DNA from: Octopus sinensis
Taxonomy: Eukaryota
NCBI RefSeq assembly: GCF_006345805.1
Contig: NC_043005.1
Location: 35,774,001-35,838,000 of the forward strand
Direction of reading: 5' to 3'
Length of the DNA: 64,000 bases
Under the pieces are notes generated by a model, which was not told the origin of the DNA, did not search any database, and was given only the letters and a program-made list of their open reading frames with translations. The first letter of the stretch is position 1; the number at the start of each line of letters is the position of its first letter. A program made the translations under genes and the position numbers. Below are positions 11,541-24,800 of this stretch, in pieces.

Positions 11541-14500
11541 GATGAAAAAAAACTCATTTCATAATTTTCAAAAGAATCATTTATTTCATCATTTCATGAC
11601 ATTGGCTCCATCTTAACTTATTTATTAAAGGTTTTTATTTATTTTTAAAATTTTGTTTTCATGTCCCCACCACCACCACTACCACCACCACCACTAATAC
11701 ATATAATCATTCACACATCCAAACTCCTTACGACTATTCAGTGTATATATTCAATGCAAAAAAGAAAAACCATTATAGGTTTACAGTTGGTTAATATTGA
11801 TAATCTTTACACACACACACATGTATGTATAAAAGTGGTGCGCTAACAGAATCATTAGCATTCCAGACAAAAATGCCATTTTGTCTGTCTTTATGTTCTG
11901 AGTTTAAATTCCACAAGGGTTCATTTACCTTTCATGCTTTCAGGATCAATGTAATCAACTTACTCCTTTGAAATTGCTGGCCTTGTGTCAAAATTTGAAA
12001 TACACACACACACACATCATGAAAGAAGACAATATAAGAAGGATGAGTTTTAGCAAATGCATTAGCTTCATGCTTAAAAAGAAATTAAAGAATCTGGACG
12101 TTTTGGATGCTAGTCATTCACCGGGAGAAATATACAAAAAAAGAAAGAGTACTCAAATACCAGGTGTAGAGTAATATGTTTTATTTAAAAGCAGCAAAAA
12201 TTCAACAAAACATGTTACTCGGAGTTTCACGTTCCTGTTCGTTGGACAGTTTTTTATATATATATAATTACAGGTATGGCTGTGTGGTTAATAATTTTTC
12301 TTCACAATTGCATAGCATTGGATTAAGTCTCACTGCGTACCACTTCGGGCAAGTGTCTTCTACCGAAGCTCCAAGGTCAACAAATGTCTTATGAGTCTGA
12401 AACTGAAAGAATCCCAGTGTGTGTGAGTGTAGGTGAAAGTTGTGGTGCAAAAAACCAGTGTTTAGAACTGTGTGTGTTTGCTTGTTTGAATGTTTACAAT
12501 CTGTAGAGAGCTATAGATTAGGGTTAGCTACAGAAAAGACATCCTCTGTAAAAATCCTGCCTCCACTACCTTTACATTCAATCTTTGCTAGCATGGAATG
12601 AATGAACAAATTTTAGTAAGAGGGCGCGCGAGCACTCATTTTTATTTGTTTCATGATCTAAGGGAAGTAATCATCAGTAGAAACATTATATACAAATATA
12701 TAAACATTCTGCGCGACTTCCATTAAATGCAATGTATTTTACATATAACCACCGAAGTTGTGGAAAAAAATATTTTCTGAGAAAAAAACTTAAACAAAAT
12801 CAAATAAATCTTAAACAATATTAAGTAATTTTAAGGCAAATATTTTATTTTTTTAATTATATAAACGTATTACTGTTTTATATCAGTTTATATCATGATG
12901 TCATTTCCTTATTCCAGTTTTGGTTCTGTATCAACTCTCCTGGTTTGCTGTTGTTGCCATTGGTCTTGAGAAAGGTATATTAATTAGCTTAATGTTAAGG
13001 ACTAGTTCATTTGGAAATCTAAACTTAGGTAGACCAGCCTTTCTCTCCATTGTTTTGTGTTGCTTTAAGATCTTCAAAAGCCAATATATTTTTTATTTAG
13101 GTTATGATGCTGTAGTGTTTCTCAATAGAAACGTCTAGTGGTACACAGCCTATCAGCCAACGATAGCCATGAGTACAACTATGACTATAAGCTATTCTGT
13201 ATACATAATAAATAACCTAATTGTTACCCTATGGACACTGTAGTAAATGTAATAAGGTCAAATCTCATCAATAAGAGATTAATAATAGAAGAATGTATGT
13301 TACTACATCCAAGATAACAATAATCTCCATGTTCTGTTAGAAGCACTGAATCAATGGTTCCAAACATTTTGTTCACTTGCTGCTGTCTCTCAGAGAATGG
13401 TATTTTACAAATGCATTGCTGCCACCTCACTGCCTATATTTAAACCCTTTCTCCACAAATGGCTGATTATTCTAATTGACACAGGCTGATTTTGCATAGT
13501 AGTTTATAGGTGTACACAAGCTGATAGGAACAGGTGCATGCATGGCTGCGTGGTTAAGAAGTTTGCTTCCCAACCTCATGCTTTTTGGGTTCAGTCTTAA
13601 TGTGTAGTACCTTTGGCAAATGTTTTCTAATATAACCCTTGCCTGACTGAAACTTTGTGAATGGATTTGATCCACAGAAACTACAAAAGCCTTTGTGTGT
13701 GTAAATATATATATATATATATTTTCTTTTATTTGTTTCAGTCAGTTGACTTTGACCATGCTGGAGCACCAACTTGAAGGGTCTTAGTCAAACATCTTGT
13801 CAGGTGGCTCTCGAGCGCCACTTGGTAACACGTAACCCAATACAACCTGTCGTATGCTCAGGTCGTCAGTAACTAAACTGGCAACTCCATCAAGCTTGCT
13901 TGGTGAAGACAGTGATTGTTGGACATCCTGTGGGATGAAAAATAAGACCCGTCAAAGGGTGGAAGAACTACTGTGTAGTCAACAGCCAATTCAACAAGTG
14001 CCTTGTCGCAGTGATGTACCTGTGTGCTCCATTGACTCGGAGAGCTATGCTGGAGGGAGAGAAATCTTCAGGCAGGTCTTACCAGGCCATCCAGGTCGAA
14101 GCATAGGAGACAGACAAAACCTTAATGACAATAAATCGAAGCGTCGGCAGCAGGGCATGGATTTAGTTATTGGCAGGACCTAACAGATCAGATTCTTGGC
14201 TTTGAAGTAGCAGAATGTTATGCTGAGGATCTTGAATATAAAACAATGGATGAGACCCTAATATTCCTAGATAGATGGAAACTTCCTAGATCCTTCAAGA
14301 TGGCATTGGTTAATCCAACGAAATCCAGGAATATGCCATAATTTAGTTTTTCTGCAAAAGTCAACCAACCTAAACATTATATTTCAATAAATATAAGAAA
14401 TATTTCTATAAATATAAGATACTTCTTCAGGCTTGTTATGTTCTTAATATCTTCCTTTAATGTCATCCAACAGCTTTTTTGAATTTAAAATTTCTGGGCT

Positions 14501-15349
14501 TTCATCATTTTTTACATTGATGATATTCAATTTGAATATCTTTTTATAAAATAAAGTTCCTATCATGAGCCTCTGTTTTTCTTTTTCCTCTCTTAAATAT
14601 TTTTAAAAAACTCGAAAGCCAATCTCAAGACACTGAGCTTTATGAAGGAGAAGTGTAAGGACCAAGTTACTGGACACATTGCTGCCACGTATCTCAAGAA
14701 GACCTGTCCACCACAGCAGAATTCATACTGGCACTGGTGCCACATAAAAAGCACCCAGTACACTCTGTGGAGTGATTGGCATTAGAAAGGGGCATCCAGC
14801 CATAGAAACCATGCCAAAACAATGGAGCTTGATGTGGCCCCTGGCCTTACCTGCTCTGATCAAAACATCCAACTCATACCAACATGGAAAATGGATGATG
14901 ATGATGATGATGATTACTTGGTTTTAAAAGAAATTAAAAAAAAAAAACAAGTTCTTTGCATCAGTTTGTTTTCTCATCATCATCATCGATTAACGTCCGT
15001 TTTCCATGCTAGCATGGGTTGAGTTGAAAAAATATAGTGAGGTGCCAACATCTGTATGTCTACTTGCTCCAGCATCATCATTATCTCCATTACTATCCTT
15101 ACCATCATCACCACTGCAACTGTCATCAATTTGGATCATGGGTTTAATTCATGGACCGATGGTCTTAAGCAAAACACTTCACTTCACATTATTCCAGTCC
15201 ACTCAGCTGTAAATAACCCTGTGAGTGACTGGCATCCCAATCTGGACTAATGTTTTGATCTTGGTCACTTGTATGCCTTACAAACATGGTAAATGGCAAT
15301 ATGAGTCGTAGGACTGCTGACTGTACTTTTATGTGGACATGCACACACT

Positions 15350-16980
15350 AATTGGCATGGTTTCTATAGCTGGATGCCCTTCCTAACACCAACCACTTTG
15401 CAGTGTGCTGGGTGCTTTTTATGTGACACTATTGCCAGTGTTTTATGTGGCACCATCACCAGTGATTTTTACATGGCTGAAGCACCAATGCTTTTTACGT
15501 GGCATCTTAGTTGTTGTGAGAGAGTCTCCCTGAGTTCAGCAATGTGTTATATATCTCGATCTTTTGTCATTTCCTTTGTAAGACTCAGCATTTTGAGATC
15601 AGTCTTCATTATTTTGTCCCATGTCTTCTGGGTCTCCCTCTTCCACAACTTCCTTCCACTTTAAGTTGATTAGCACTTCTTTATGCAACTGTCATCATCC
15701 ATCCACATCACATGACCAAACCAGCACAGTCTTCTCTCTTGCACGCTGCTTATAATCCCTCTTATGCCTAAATTTTCTCTCAATACATTAGAGCTCTATC
15801 TCACAAGCACACAAACATTGCACATCCAGCACTGTATACCAGCTTCATTCTTCTCTAGTCTTTGCATGTCCTCTGCTTTCAGTGCTCACATCTCACAACC
15901 ATGTAGCATTGCAGTTTGAACATATGCATCATACAATCTTCCTCTGAGTGGAAAGGGACCTTTTGTTGCAAACAAAGGCAAAAGTTCCCTGAATTTTCTC
16001 TCTCCTATTCTTATTCTAGTAAGTAAACTTGCTGTATAACCTCCACTGCTAATTAGGTTACTTAGGTAGCAGAAATCTACAACTTCCAGAGAGCCTCCAG
16101 GACATTTGAGGCAATCAGTTTACCATGTATCTGTGGTCTTTATGGTTCCTGTACACCTTCCACAAACAAACACTATTTTCTCTGTTAACCTTGCTATTCC
16201 ACTGCACCTCTTGTATGTCCATAACTTGCATTGGATACACCGAATGGGGTTTCCATCTGCACCCATCCTACATATTGAGCAGAGCCACCTGCCTGAAGTG
16301 GGTAGGGTCCTGTCTGTTTACTTACTTATTAAGACCTTAGTCTTTGCTAAGTTAACTTTAAGGCCCTTAGATTCCAGGTTTTGCTTTCACACCTGAAATT
16401 TCTTTTCTAGTTCTGTTACAGATTCTGCTATGAGAGCAAGGTCATCAGCATATAGTAGATCCCATGGGCTTCCTGTCTTAAATACCTCTTTTACAGCCAG
16501 GTGGATGATGGTGAATAAGAGAGGGCTGAGGACTGAGCCTTGGTGAACACCTACCTTTACATTAGATTTGTCACTGGCAAACTTTTACCTTACTAACAGC
16601 ACTCCTGTACTGCTTTTACAAGCCAGTTGTCTATCCCTATTTTCTTCAGGGACCACTATATCACAGAGCAGGGTACTCTTGAAGACTTTAGCCAGATCAA
16701 CAAATGCCAAGTATAACAGCTTGTTCTAAGCTAAATACTTCTGAAGTTACCTGACTATAAAAATAACATCTGTGGTGCTTCTCCCCAGGACAAAGCCAAA
16801 CTGCATTTCATTTAGTCTAATTCTGTTCATGATTAATTGCGCTATAACTCTCTGTGCAATTTTCATCACCTGGTCCAGCAATTAGATGCCTCAATAATTA
16901 CTTCTGTCTAAGGTATCTCCCTGCTCCTTTTGCGAAGAAAATGAATGTGATTTTTGTCATCATAAAACTACATCAGTGTA
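15350..16980 (-). mobile_element. Degenerate RTE-clade LINE (RT domain to 3' UTR)
   Basis: Minus-strand translation gives VGVHQGSVLSPLLFTII (about 16500-16555) and PWDLLYADDLAL (about 16435-16468), with stops and frameshifts. Confidence 0.85.
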
Positions 16981-18652
16981 GGAAATTTAAAACAATCCTG
17001 ACTGTAGAATGAATTTTAAAAAAGATACAATAGAAATATCTAACAAGACAATGCAAAATTTGAGCAATGAAACAAAACGGTTGTGGGGGAAAAATTTGTA
17101 AAGAATCATAACATATGCATCCAGTCTGTAATGTTCCCCTATACTAAAATTATGTTTGCATATAAGTATGATGTTTCTCCTCTTTCTAGTTTTTCTTTCC
17201 ACTGCTTTCTTATGACCATATGTGTATTTAAGAAAAGGCATCACATGATTTCCTAAACAGATTTCTATTGTGTATCACACATGTATAAAAAACAATCATA
17301 TTAAACAGTTTTCAACAAAAAAGAGAAAGCTTTCATTTTAAATAAAATAAAAATCAAAATGAAATAATTTCTGCAAAAATTATTTCTCTGGGAAACAGTT
17401 AAACTAGATGTAAAACAGAAAAAGAATTTGATATCATATTTTATTTATCATTATTATTATCATTATTATTATTATTATTATTTGGACAAAATTTCTTTGA
17501 TGAAATTTAGTAAAATGTTCTATAAATGAGGACAATAATTTGGTGTTATAAAAGTGGGGTTATTTAGTTATTAAGGGAGAAATTCCATAGAGTGAGGTTT
17601 GATGAAGAGATGGTGGTGTTTAGAAACTATGCTAAATTGATGACACAAATTCAAAGACGTAGCAGTGAGAGGATAACTGACTTCAAATTATGGACATGAA
17701 AGGTATAAGATGGCCTTCCTCACTTTACGGATACAAAGGAAGATAACCTAAATTTTTGACTCGGGGAAGTTAATTAATTCTGATTTATGAAAATTGGTGG
17801 GTAAGATATGTTCCATAGTGAAAAACAGTTTGCCGGTTCACTAAACCAGTGTTTGGCCCTCTGAATTAACTCTTTCAGCTCAAATGACCAACTGCTTGAA
17901 CTTTGAGCTCAAACATCCAACTATTCATTCACGAAGGCATATAAAAAAACAAACAAAAAACAAAAAAAAACAACAAAAACGATAGACTCTGTGTATATAA
18001 TACGAACATTTATAGATAAATGCTCTTAAATGGCCCTGTTAAGCCTTGGTAGACAACGCAGCTTTTATATTGAGACTTGACTGCAATAATTTTAAATCAA
18101 GGCAGAGAAAATGCTCTTTGGAGAATCTTTCCATATCTCCATCATGTCAACAATGTAACATTCTCGCTGTCTATTGGGGTGGGTGGGTTAATTTTGATAG
18201 TTTGTCCCAGAAAGATAGACTTGGTCTAAGGACACTCTTATCATACAAAAACAGTTTTCATAATGGCCCAAACAAAGAGAAACTGATTTATAGTTTCTCG
18301 CTCCCTCTAACATATATATACATATAGGGGCTGTCATTTTAATGATCCCTGTTAAAGTAAGATCTATCTCCAAGACAATCCCTAGTTTCAGAGATTATCT
18401 CAAATGGGTTGCATTTAATTGAAACTAATTCATAGTTTCCACTGGCATTGAAAATTAAAACCATTTCACAACTAAAAACAATTACTTAAAGCATATGATG
18501 AACTATTGGTAACTTGTGTTTCTTTTCTTTTACTATCATTTCCATTTTAAGAAAATGACTGGAGAGGCATACTGAGTTCAGCTGTCGGACCAGGAATGAC
18601 AAATTTCTTTAATTTATATGCAAACACATGGATACATAGAAACACTCATTCA

Positions 18653-18685
<33 letters not shown>

Positions 18686-18918
18686 TATAATTTTCTTTTT
18701 TTGCATCAAAGACCAATGAAGTATATGTAATTTTAATTATGCATTTCATATTGCTAATCAGGCAATGATTAAGGATGTCGTCTGGTTTCAAATTCGATCT
18801 TAGTTTCAATGGAACTAAGATTCAGACAGCTGGCATTTGAAATAAGATGGCTTCAGCTAAAAGAGAATTGTTTTATTGGTTGTGATAGTTGTTGTAGTCT
18901 CTATTTTGGAATCAAAGA

Positions 18919-19181
18919 TCAAACTTTGGTTTCTGAGGTGTTATCATCTGGTACTAATGGCTTTAGAACTTGAGGTCCTTTGTCCAATTTGGAAACATCA
19001 TTGTAGTAAGTAATGTCATTATCATTCCCTTTTTGGAAACTGTCACTTGACCCAGGAAGAGGATCAGTTGTATTGTTCTGTTCAAAATATTCAGGATTTT
19101 CTACAGAAGCCATTGTGGTGGCTCCAAGAATGTCTTTCATTAATTCATCATTTGTTGGTTCATAATTATTCTTGTAAGTAT
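18919..19181 (-). CDS. Egfr: EGFR terminal coding exon (DTYKNNY...VENPEYF...YYND...SETKV*)
   Basis: ttgttttacAG acceptor, phase 1; TGA stop at 18921-18919. Confidence 0.93.
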
Positions 19182-19733
19182 CTGTAAAACAATAACAACA
19201 ACAACAAATAATGAAGTTTTACTTTTAGAGTTAATTAATATTTGTGTTGGTACTTAGAGATGTGAAATAACCTAACTTAGCATTTAAACCAGCCAAAATC
19301 TGACCAAAATATTCCACCGGTTTCATGTTCAAGCAAACCAGATCTGGCCTCTCACACATACCCTACAATGTCATTCTAAAAATAAACAATGGCATCATCA
19401 AAATCTGGAAGCTACAAGAAAATGTTATGATTAATTCAAAACAATGTGAATAAATAGGAATTACATTTAACTGAGTAATCTGAATGCTAAAGGGTTACTA
19501 CGTAACAACACAAAACAGCACTAGGATAAGAAGCACACCACATACCAGGCACTACTGCCCCATGGCCTGAATTTCTCCAAAAACAATGTCACTATACACA
19601 AAATTTCATATTTTCTTAACATGATGATTTTAATATATTTTTTAACCTTATAATACAAGTCTTCTGTAATTTTTTCATTCAATTTTGTTTTTTATACATC
19701 CAACCATGTGCTTTCACATACCAACTCTCTCAT

Positions 19734-19799
<66 letters not shown>

Positions 19800-19800
<1 letters not shown>

Positions 19801-20030
19801 GGCGGCCAGCTGGCAGAAATGTTAGCACGCCAGGCGAAATGCGTAGCCGTATTTCGCCTGCCATTATGTTCTGGGTTCAAATTCTGCCGAGGTCGACTTT
19901 GCCTTTCATCCTTTCGGGATCGATAAATTAAGTACCAGTTACACACTGGGGTTGATGTAATCGACTTAATCCGTTTGTCTGTCCTTGTTTGTCCCCTCTG
20001 TATTTAGCCCCTTGTGGGTAGTAAAGAAAT
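19800..20030 (+). mobile_element. tRNA-derived SINE family A, near full length
   Basis: A-box TGGCAGAAATGTTAG, B-box GGGTTCAAATTC, tail GTAAAGAAAT. Further copies at 21891-22122, about 27545-27730 (-) and 44636-44850. Confidence 0.85.
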
Positions 20031-20050
20031 ATATATATATATATATATAT

Positions 20051-20455
20051 ACTCTCTTTTACTTTTTTACTTGTTTCAGTCATTTGACTGCAGCCATGCT
20101 AGAGCACCGCCTTTAGTCGAGGAAATTGACCCCCAGGACTTATTCTTTGCAAGCCTTGTACTTATTCTATCGGTCTCTTTTGCCGAACCGCTAAGTTACA
20201 GGGACGTAAACACACCAGCATCAGTTGCCAAGTGATGTTGGGAGGACAAATACAGACACACACACATACACATGCATATATATACATTTCTACGATGGGC
20301 TTCTTTCAGTTTCCATCTACCAAATCCACTTGCAAGGCTTTGGTGGGCCTGAGGCTATAGTAGAAGACACTTGCCCAAGGTGCCACGCAGTGGGACTGAA
20401 CCCGGAACCATGTGGTTGGTAAGCAAGCTACTTACCACACAGCCACTCCTGCACC
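20051..20455 (-). mobile_element. tRNA-derived SINE family B
   Basis: About 400-bp unit with a central (TG/TA)n linker and AAAAGAGT tail repeats. Confidence 0.85.
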
Positions 20456-20464
20456 TATACATAT

Positions 20465-20498
<34 letters not shown>

Positions 20499-21171
20499 CA
20501 TGATCATCATGATGATCATCATCATTTAGTGTCCGCTTTCCATGCTAGCATAGGTTGAACGGTTCAACTGGGGGTCTGGGAAGCCAGAAGGCTGCATCAG
20601 GCCCAGTCTGATCTGGCAGTGTTTCTATGGCTGGATGCCCTTCCTAACGCCAACCACTCCGTGAGTGTAGTGGGTGCTTTTTACGTGCCACCCGCTCAGG
20701 TGCTAGACGGGGCTGGCAAATGGCCACAGACAGATGGTGCATTTTACATGCCACCGGCACGGGGGCCAGGCGAGGCTGGCAACGTCCACGATTGGATGGT
20801 GCTTTTTATGTGCCACCGGCACGAGGGCCAGGCGAGTCTGGCAATGGCCACGAACGGATGGTGCTTTTTACGTGCCAATCAACATTGTATTACAACTGCA
20901 TATATCTCAACCTTACATTGCTGTCAATCTCACACCATCACTCTCCACTTCCTTTATTATTCTATGTCCCTTCTATCTTCCATCACTGTACATATTTCCT
21001 CCTCCTCCATCTCTCTCACACAAGCACACACTCTTTCTCTCTCCTTCTTTCCACATTACACTGTCACTTAACTCTACTGCTCTCACCTTTAGACACACAC
21101 ACACTCACATCAATAATCTTACGCCTTACACTTAAAACAACACACACACAAATAACAATCACAAATGTTAC

Positions 21172-21324
21172 CATTAAAATCAATGTAGGCTGCTGGATTT
21201 GATGACTTTGGTTGAAGGTAATCATCTTCATCAACAGGTAACTGATGGGAAGAAAGGAATGGTGCAGTAGGAACCAGTTTGGGCTGATATCCCATCATGT
21301 GGTTTGGGTCAAATTCAATGTTAT
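21172..21324 (-). CDS. Egfr: EGFR exon: C-tail (DNIEFDPNHMMGYQP...LPVDEDDYLQPKSSNPAAYIDFN)
   Basis: ttattgcAG / GTAACA; 153 nt, phase 1 to 1; not in the ORF track. Confidence 0.9.
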
Positions 21325-23449
21325 CTGCAATAAATCAGAGAGGAAAATTTACAGTTTCATAAAGAGAATTTGTGTCGAAATGTTTTAATAAATGAATTTA
21401 CTGGATTTAATGAAAGGAAGTTATACATTTTTGGATAATGATAAAATCAACGAGTCTTGAATATGAAGATGGCTGGAATTTAAAAGAAATATCAATCATT
21501 GTTGTTTTAACGTCCACTTTTCCATGTTTGCATGGGTCAGACAGTTTAAGGAGGCAGATCCTTCTATGGCCAGATACGCTTGCTGTCATCTAAGCCTCAT
21601 ACTCTTTGAAGATAATATTTCTCCATAGTGAAGGTGGTGAACTGGCAGAATCATTAGCATGCTGGGCAAAATGCTTGGTGGCGTTTCATCCATCTTCATG
21701 TTATGAGTTCAAAATCCACCGAGGTCAACTTTGTCGTTCCTCCATTTGGGGTTGAAAAAATCAGTACCATTCAAGTACTGGGGTTGATGTAATCGACTTA
21801 CCCACTCCCCCAAAATTGCTGGCCTTGTGCCAAAATTTGAAACCAGTGTTTCTCCATGGCAATGGTGGAAAGCTGGTAGAATAATAATCAAGGCAGCGAG
21901 CTGGCAGAAACGTGAGCACGCCGGGCGAAATGCTTAGCAGTATTTCGTCTGCCACAACATTCTGAGTTCAAATTCCAACGAAGTCGACTTTGCCTTTCAT
22001 CCTTTCGAGGTCGATTAAATAAGTACCAGTTACGCACTGGAGTCGATATAATCGACTTAATCCGTTTGTCTGTCCTTGTTTGTCCCCTCTGTGTTTAGCC
22101 ACTTGTGGGCAATAAAGAAATAAGAATAATTAGCATGCTGGGCAAAATGCTTAGTGGCATTTCGTCTGTGTTTACATTCTGAGTTTAAATCCTGCTGAGG
22201 CTGGCTTTGCTTCTCATCCGTTCAGGATCAATAAAATAGGTACCAGTCAAGCACTGGGGGTTGATGTAATCAAGTTACCTCCTCCCCCAAAATTGCTGGT
22301 CTTGCGCCAACATTTGAAGTCAATATATTTCTCCTTAGCCGGACATGTTTTCACAAATACACAACTTGTATAACTATGACACTCATTTACAACTATTGTA
22401 TGATACCAAGACAAGACACAAACACACACACACACACACACACACATACACATACACACATGTATAAATGGTTTCTTTCAGTTTCCATCTACCAAATTCA
22501 CTCACAAGGCTTTAGTTGGCCTAGCACTTTAGTAGAAGTGCCATGCAGTGGGACTGAACCTGGAACCATGTAACTGGGAACCAAACTTCTCAATCATACA
22601 GCCACACTTGCAACTATGATAGTTTTATAAAGAATTTTTGGATCAGCATTGGCCTTGAAGAATATCGTCATAACAAATCTTTTATCAGAATTTATTAAAA
22701 ATTTGATGCATTTTAGCATCCTGTGACCACCCAGAAGTTCAGATTAAATCAAACAGCACTTACTAAAGAAAATTAATTAATATATTTATTTAATAACAAA
22801 TTAGTAAGAAAAAAATGTTAAATGTTAAAGTTAAGTAAATCAGAAATTAGGTTAAATTCCATAATTATTTAATGATTTTGTGGTTAGGAAAACAATAAAA
22901 CATGACACCAGAAATATGCAAATTAAAAATCTGCCATAAATAAAAAAATAAAAAATAAAAACAGAAAAAGAAACTCAAAAGCAAAGTCTATCAATTTTGG
23001 TAAAGAGAAAAGACGGAAAAAATGCTGTAAAGTCCCACTACTCTTTTAAAATCAAAAGGCTTCTAAAGCCATTGAGGGCAATGAAGAAAATTTAGATGCA
23101 ACCATTTACTGATAAAAAAAAGGGTAAAGATATATTGCATTATGTTCCAGATACAACTATGTCTGAAATAAAAAATATAAACAAACACATGTATGCATAA
23201 TGGGCCTTTTTTATAATTTCCATTTACCAAATCCACTCACAAGGCTTTGGTTGGCCTGAGGCACTTGCCCAATGTGACATGCAGTGGGACTGAACCTAGA
23301 ATCATGTGGTTGTAAAGCAAGCTTTTTAGCACACACCTTTGTCTGTGCCTATATTGATATATATATATATATATATATATAAATTAAATTGGAGATAAAA
23401 CCACTATTAAGCAACTCAAACAGTGATAGACATAAACCAATATCATTAT

Positions 23450-23482
<33 letters not shown>

Positions 23483-23749
23483 TAGAGATAAAACCATTAT
23501 TATGCAAATCAAACCATGAAAAACTATGTTTTTCATGGTTTGATTTGCATAAAAATAAAAATAATTAATATAATATACAAAATATATAAAATATAAAATT
23601 TAAATTTAAAATTAAAATTATTAATATATATTTATAAATTTTTATATTCTTTATATATATATATATTCTATATATATATATATTCTATTAAATATTTATA
23701 ACTATCAAAAAGTATTAAAAGTTTAATATAAGATAAAAAGTATATATAT

Positions 23750-23947
23750 ACTCTTACTCTTACTTGTTTCAGTCATTTGACTGCGGCCATGCTGGAGCAC
23801 CGCCTTTAGTCGAGCAAATCGACCCCGGGACTTATTCTTTGTAAGCCCAGTACTTATTCTATTGGTCTCTTTTGCTGAACTGCTAAGTGACGGGGACGTA
23901 AACACACCAGCATCGGTTGTCAAGCAATGCTAGAGGGACAAATATAT

Positions 23948-23984
<37 letters not shown>

Positions 23985-24143
23985 ACAGGCTTCTTTCAGT
24001 TTCCGTCTACCAAATCCACTCACAAGGCTTTGGTTGGCCCGAGGCTATAGCAGAAGACACTTGCCCAAGATGCCACGCAGTGGGACTGAACCCGGAACCA
24101 TGTGGCTGGTTAGCAAGCTACTTACCACACAGCCACTCCTGCG

Positions 24144-24145
<2 letters not shown>
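23750..24145 (-). mobile_element. tRNA-derived SINE family B, young copy
   Basis: Closely matches 47068-47473 and 52841-53229. Confidence 0.88.
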
Positions 24146-24179
<34 letters not shown>

Positions 24180-24800
24180 CATGCATACATACATACATAC
24201 ATACATACATATCTTTGAGGCCTTTGGCCCCACTACTGGGCTGATCTGCAGCCCTCTATCCTTGTGTAAAGTAATGGACTCAGACACATTCATTGTATAT
24301 GTATTAATTATCCGATATTCCATTCCAAACTCCCCACCTGACATATATCCATACACCCATACCCATACACTCAGTATCTATTATTCACTCTCACCCATAC
24401 CTAAACCCCATGTCCCATTAACTTGTTGTTCATTCAACATGTAATGTGAATTCCATCTCTGTAACAGTGTGTCAGTGTATCAACCTTTGGACCACTTTCT
24501 GCCAACTTTGCCGATAGACATACAGCTAGTTTATAGTTTGACTTACAACTTCCTATAAGACTTACAGCTAAGTTTCTAGCCTTGAAGCCGCCCTTCAGGC
24601 AGCATTCAGGCTAGCTCCTGTGGAGGGCTTTTGAGAATTTTGTATGGTATTCAGGTAGAAAAAACTCTAAAACTCCAATATGTAACCTGAACAGTAAGAC
24701 TAGCTTCCACCTAGACATAAGTTTCATAAACAACAAAATATAAATACCCATAGTACCGCACTTGAAACGTACCTATTATAACTCTATCTTGATTTGAATG

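Noticed and set aside
13790-14200. GC-richer segment with several hairpins resembling an RTE 5' UTR, where HDV-like ribozymes are known to occur
   Set aside because: I could find simple hairpins but not the nested double-pseudoknot pairings; an Infernal or RNArobo HDV search would be needed.
14393-14435. Minus-strand AAGC-CUGAAGA-AGUAU...AUA-GAAA hammerhead-like string (weaker look-alikes near 1800-1850 and 63265-63310)
   Set aside because: Stem II and stem I pairings are broken; at best decayed relics, not supportable as ribozymes.
20674-20880. Regularly spaced repeats superficially like a CRISPR array (also 3560-4110)
   Set aside because: Units are contiguous tandem copies without unique spacers, in a eukaryotic context with no cas genes.
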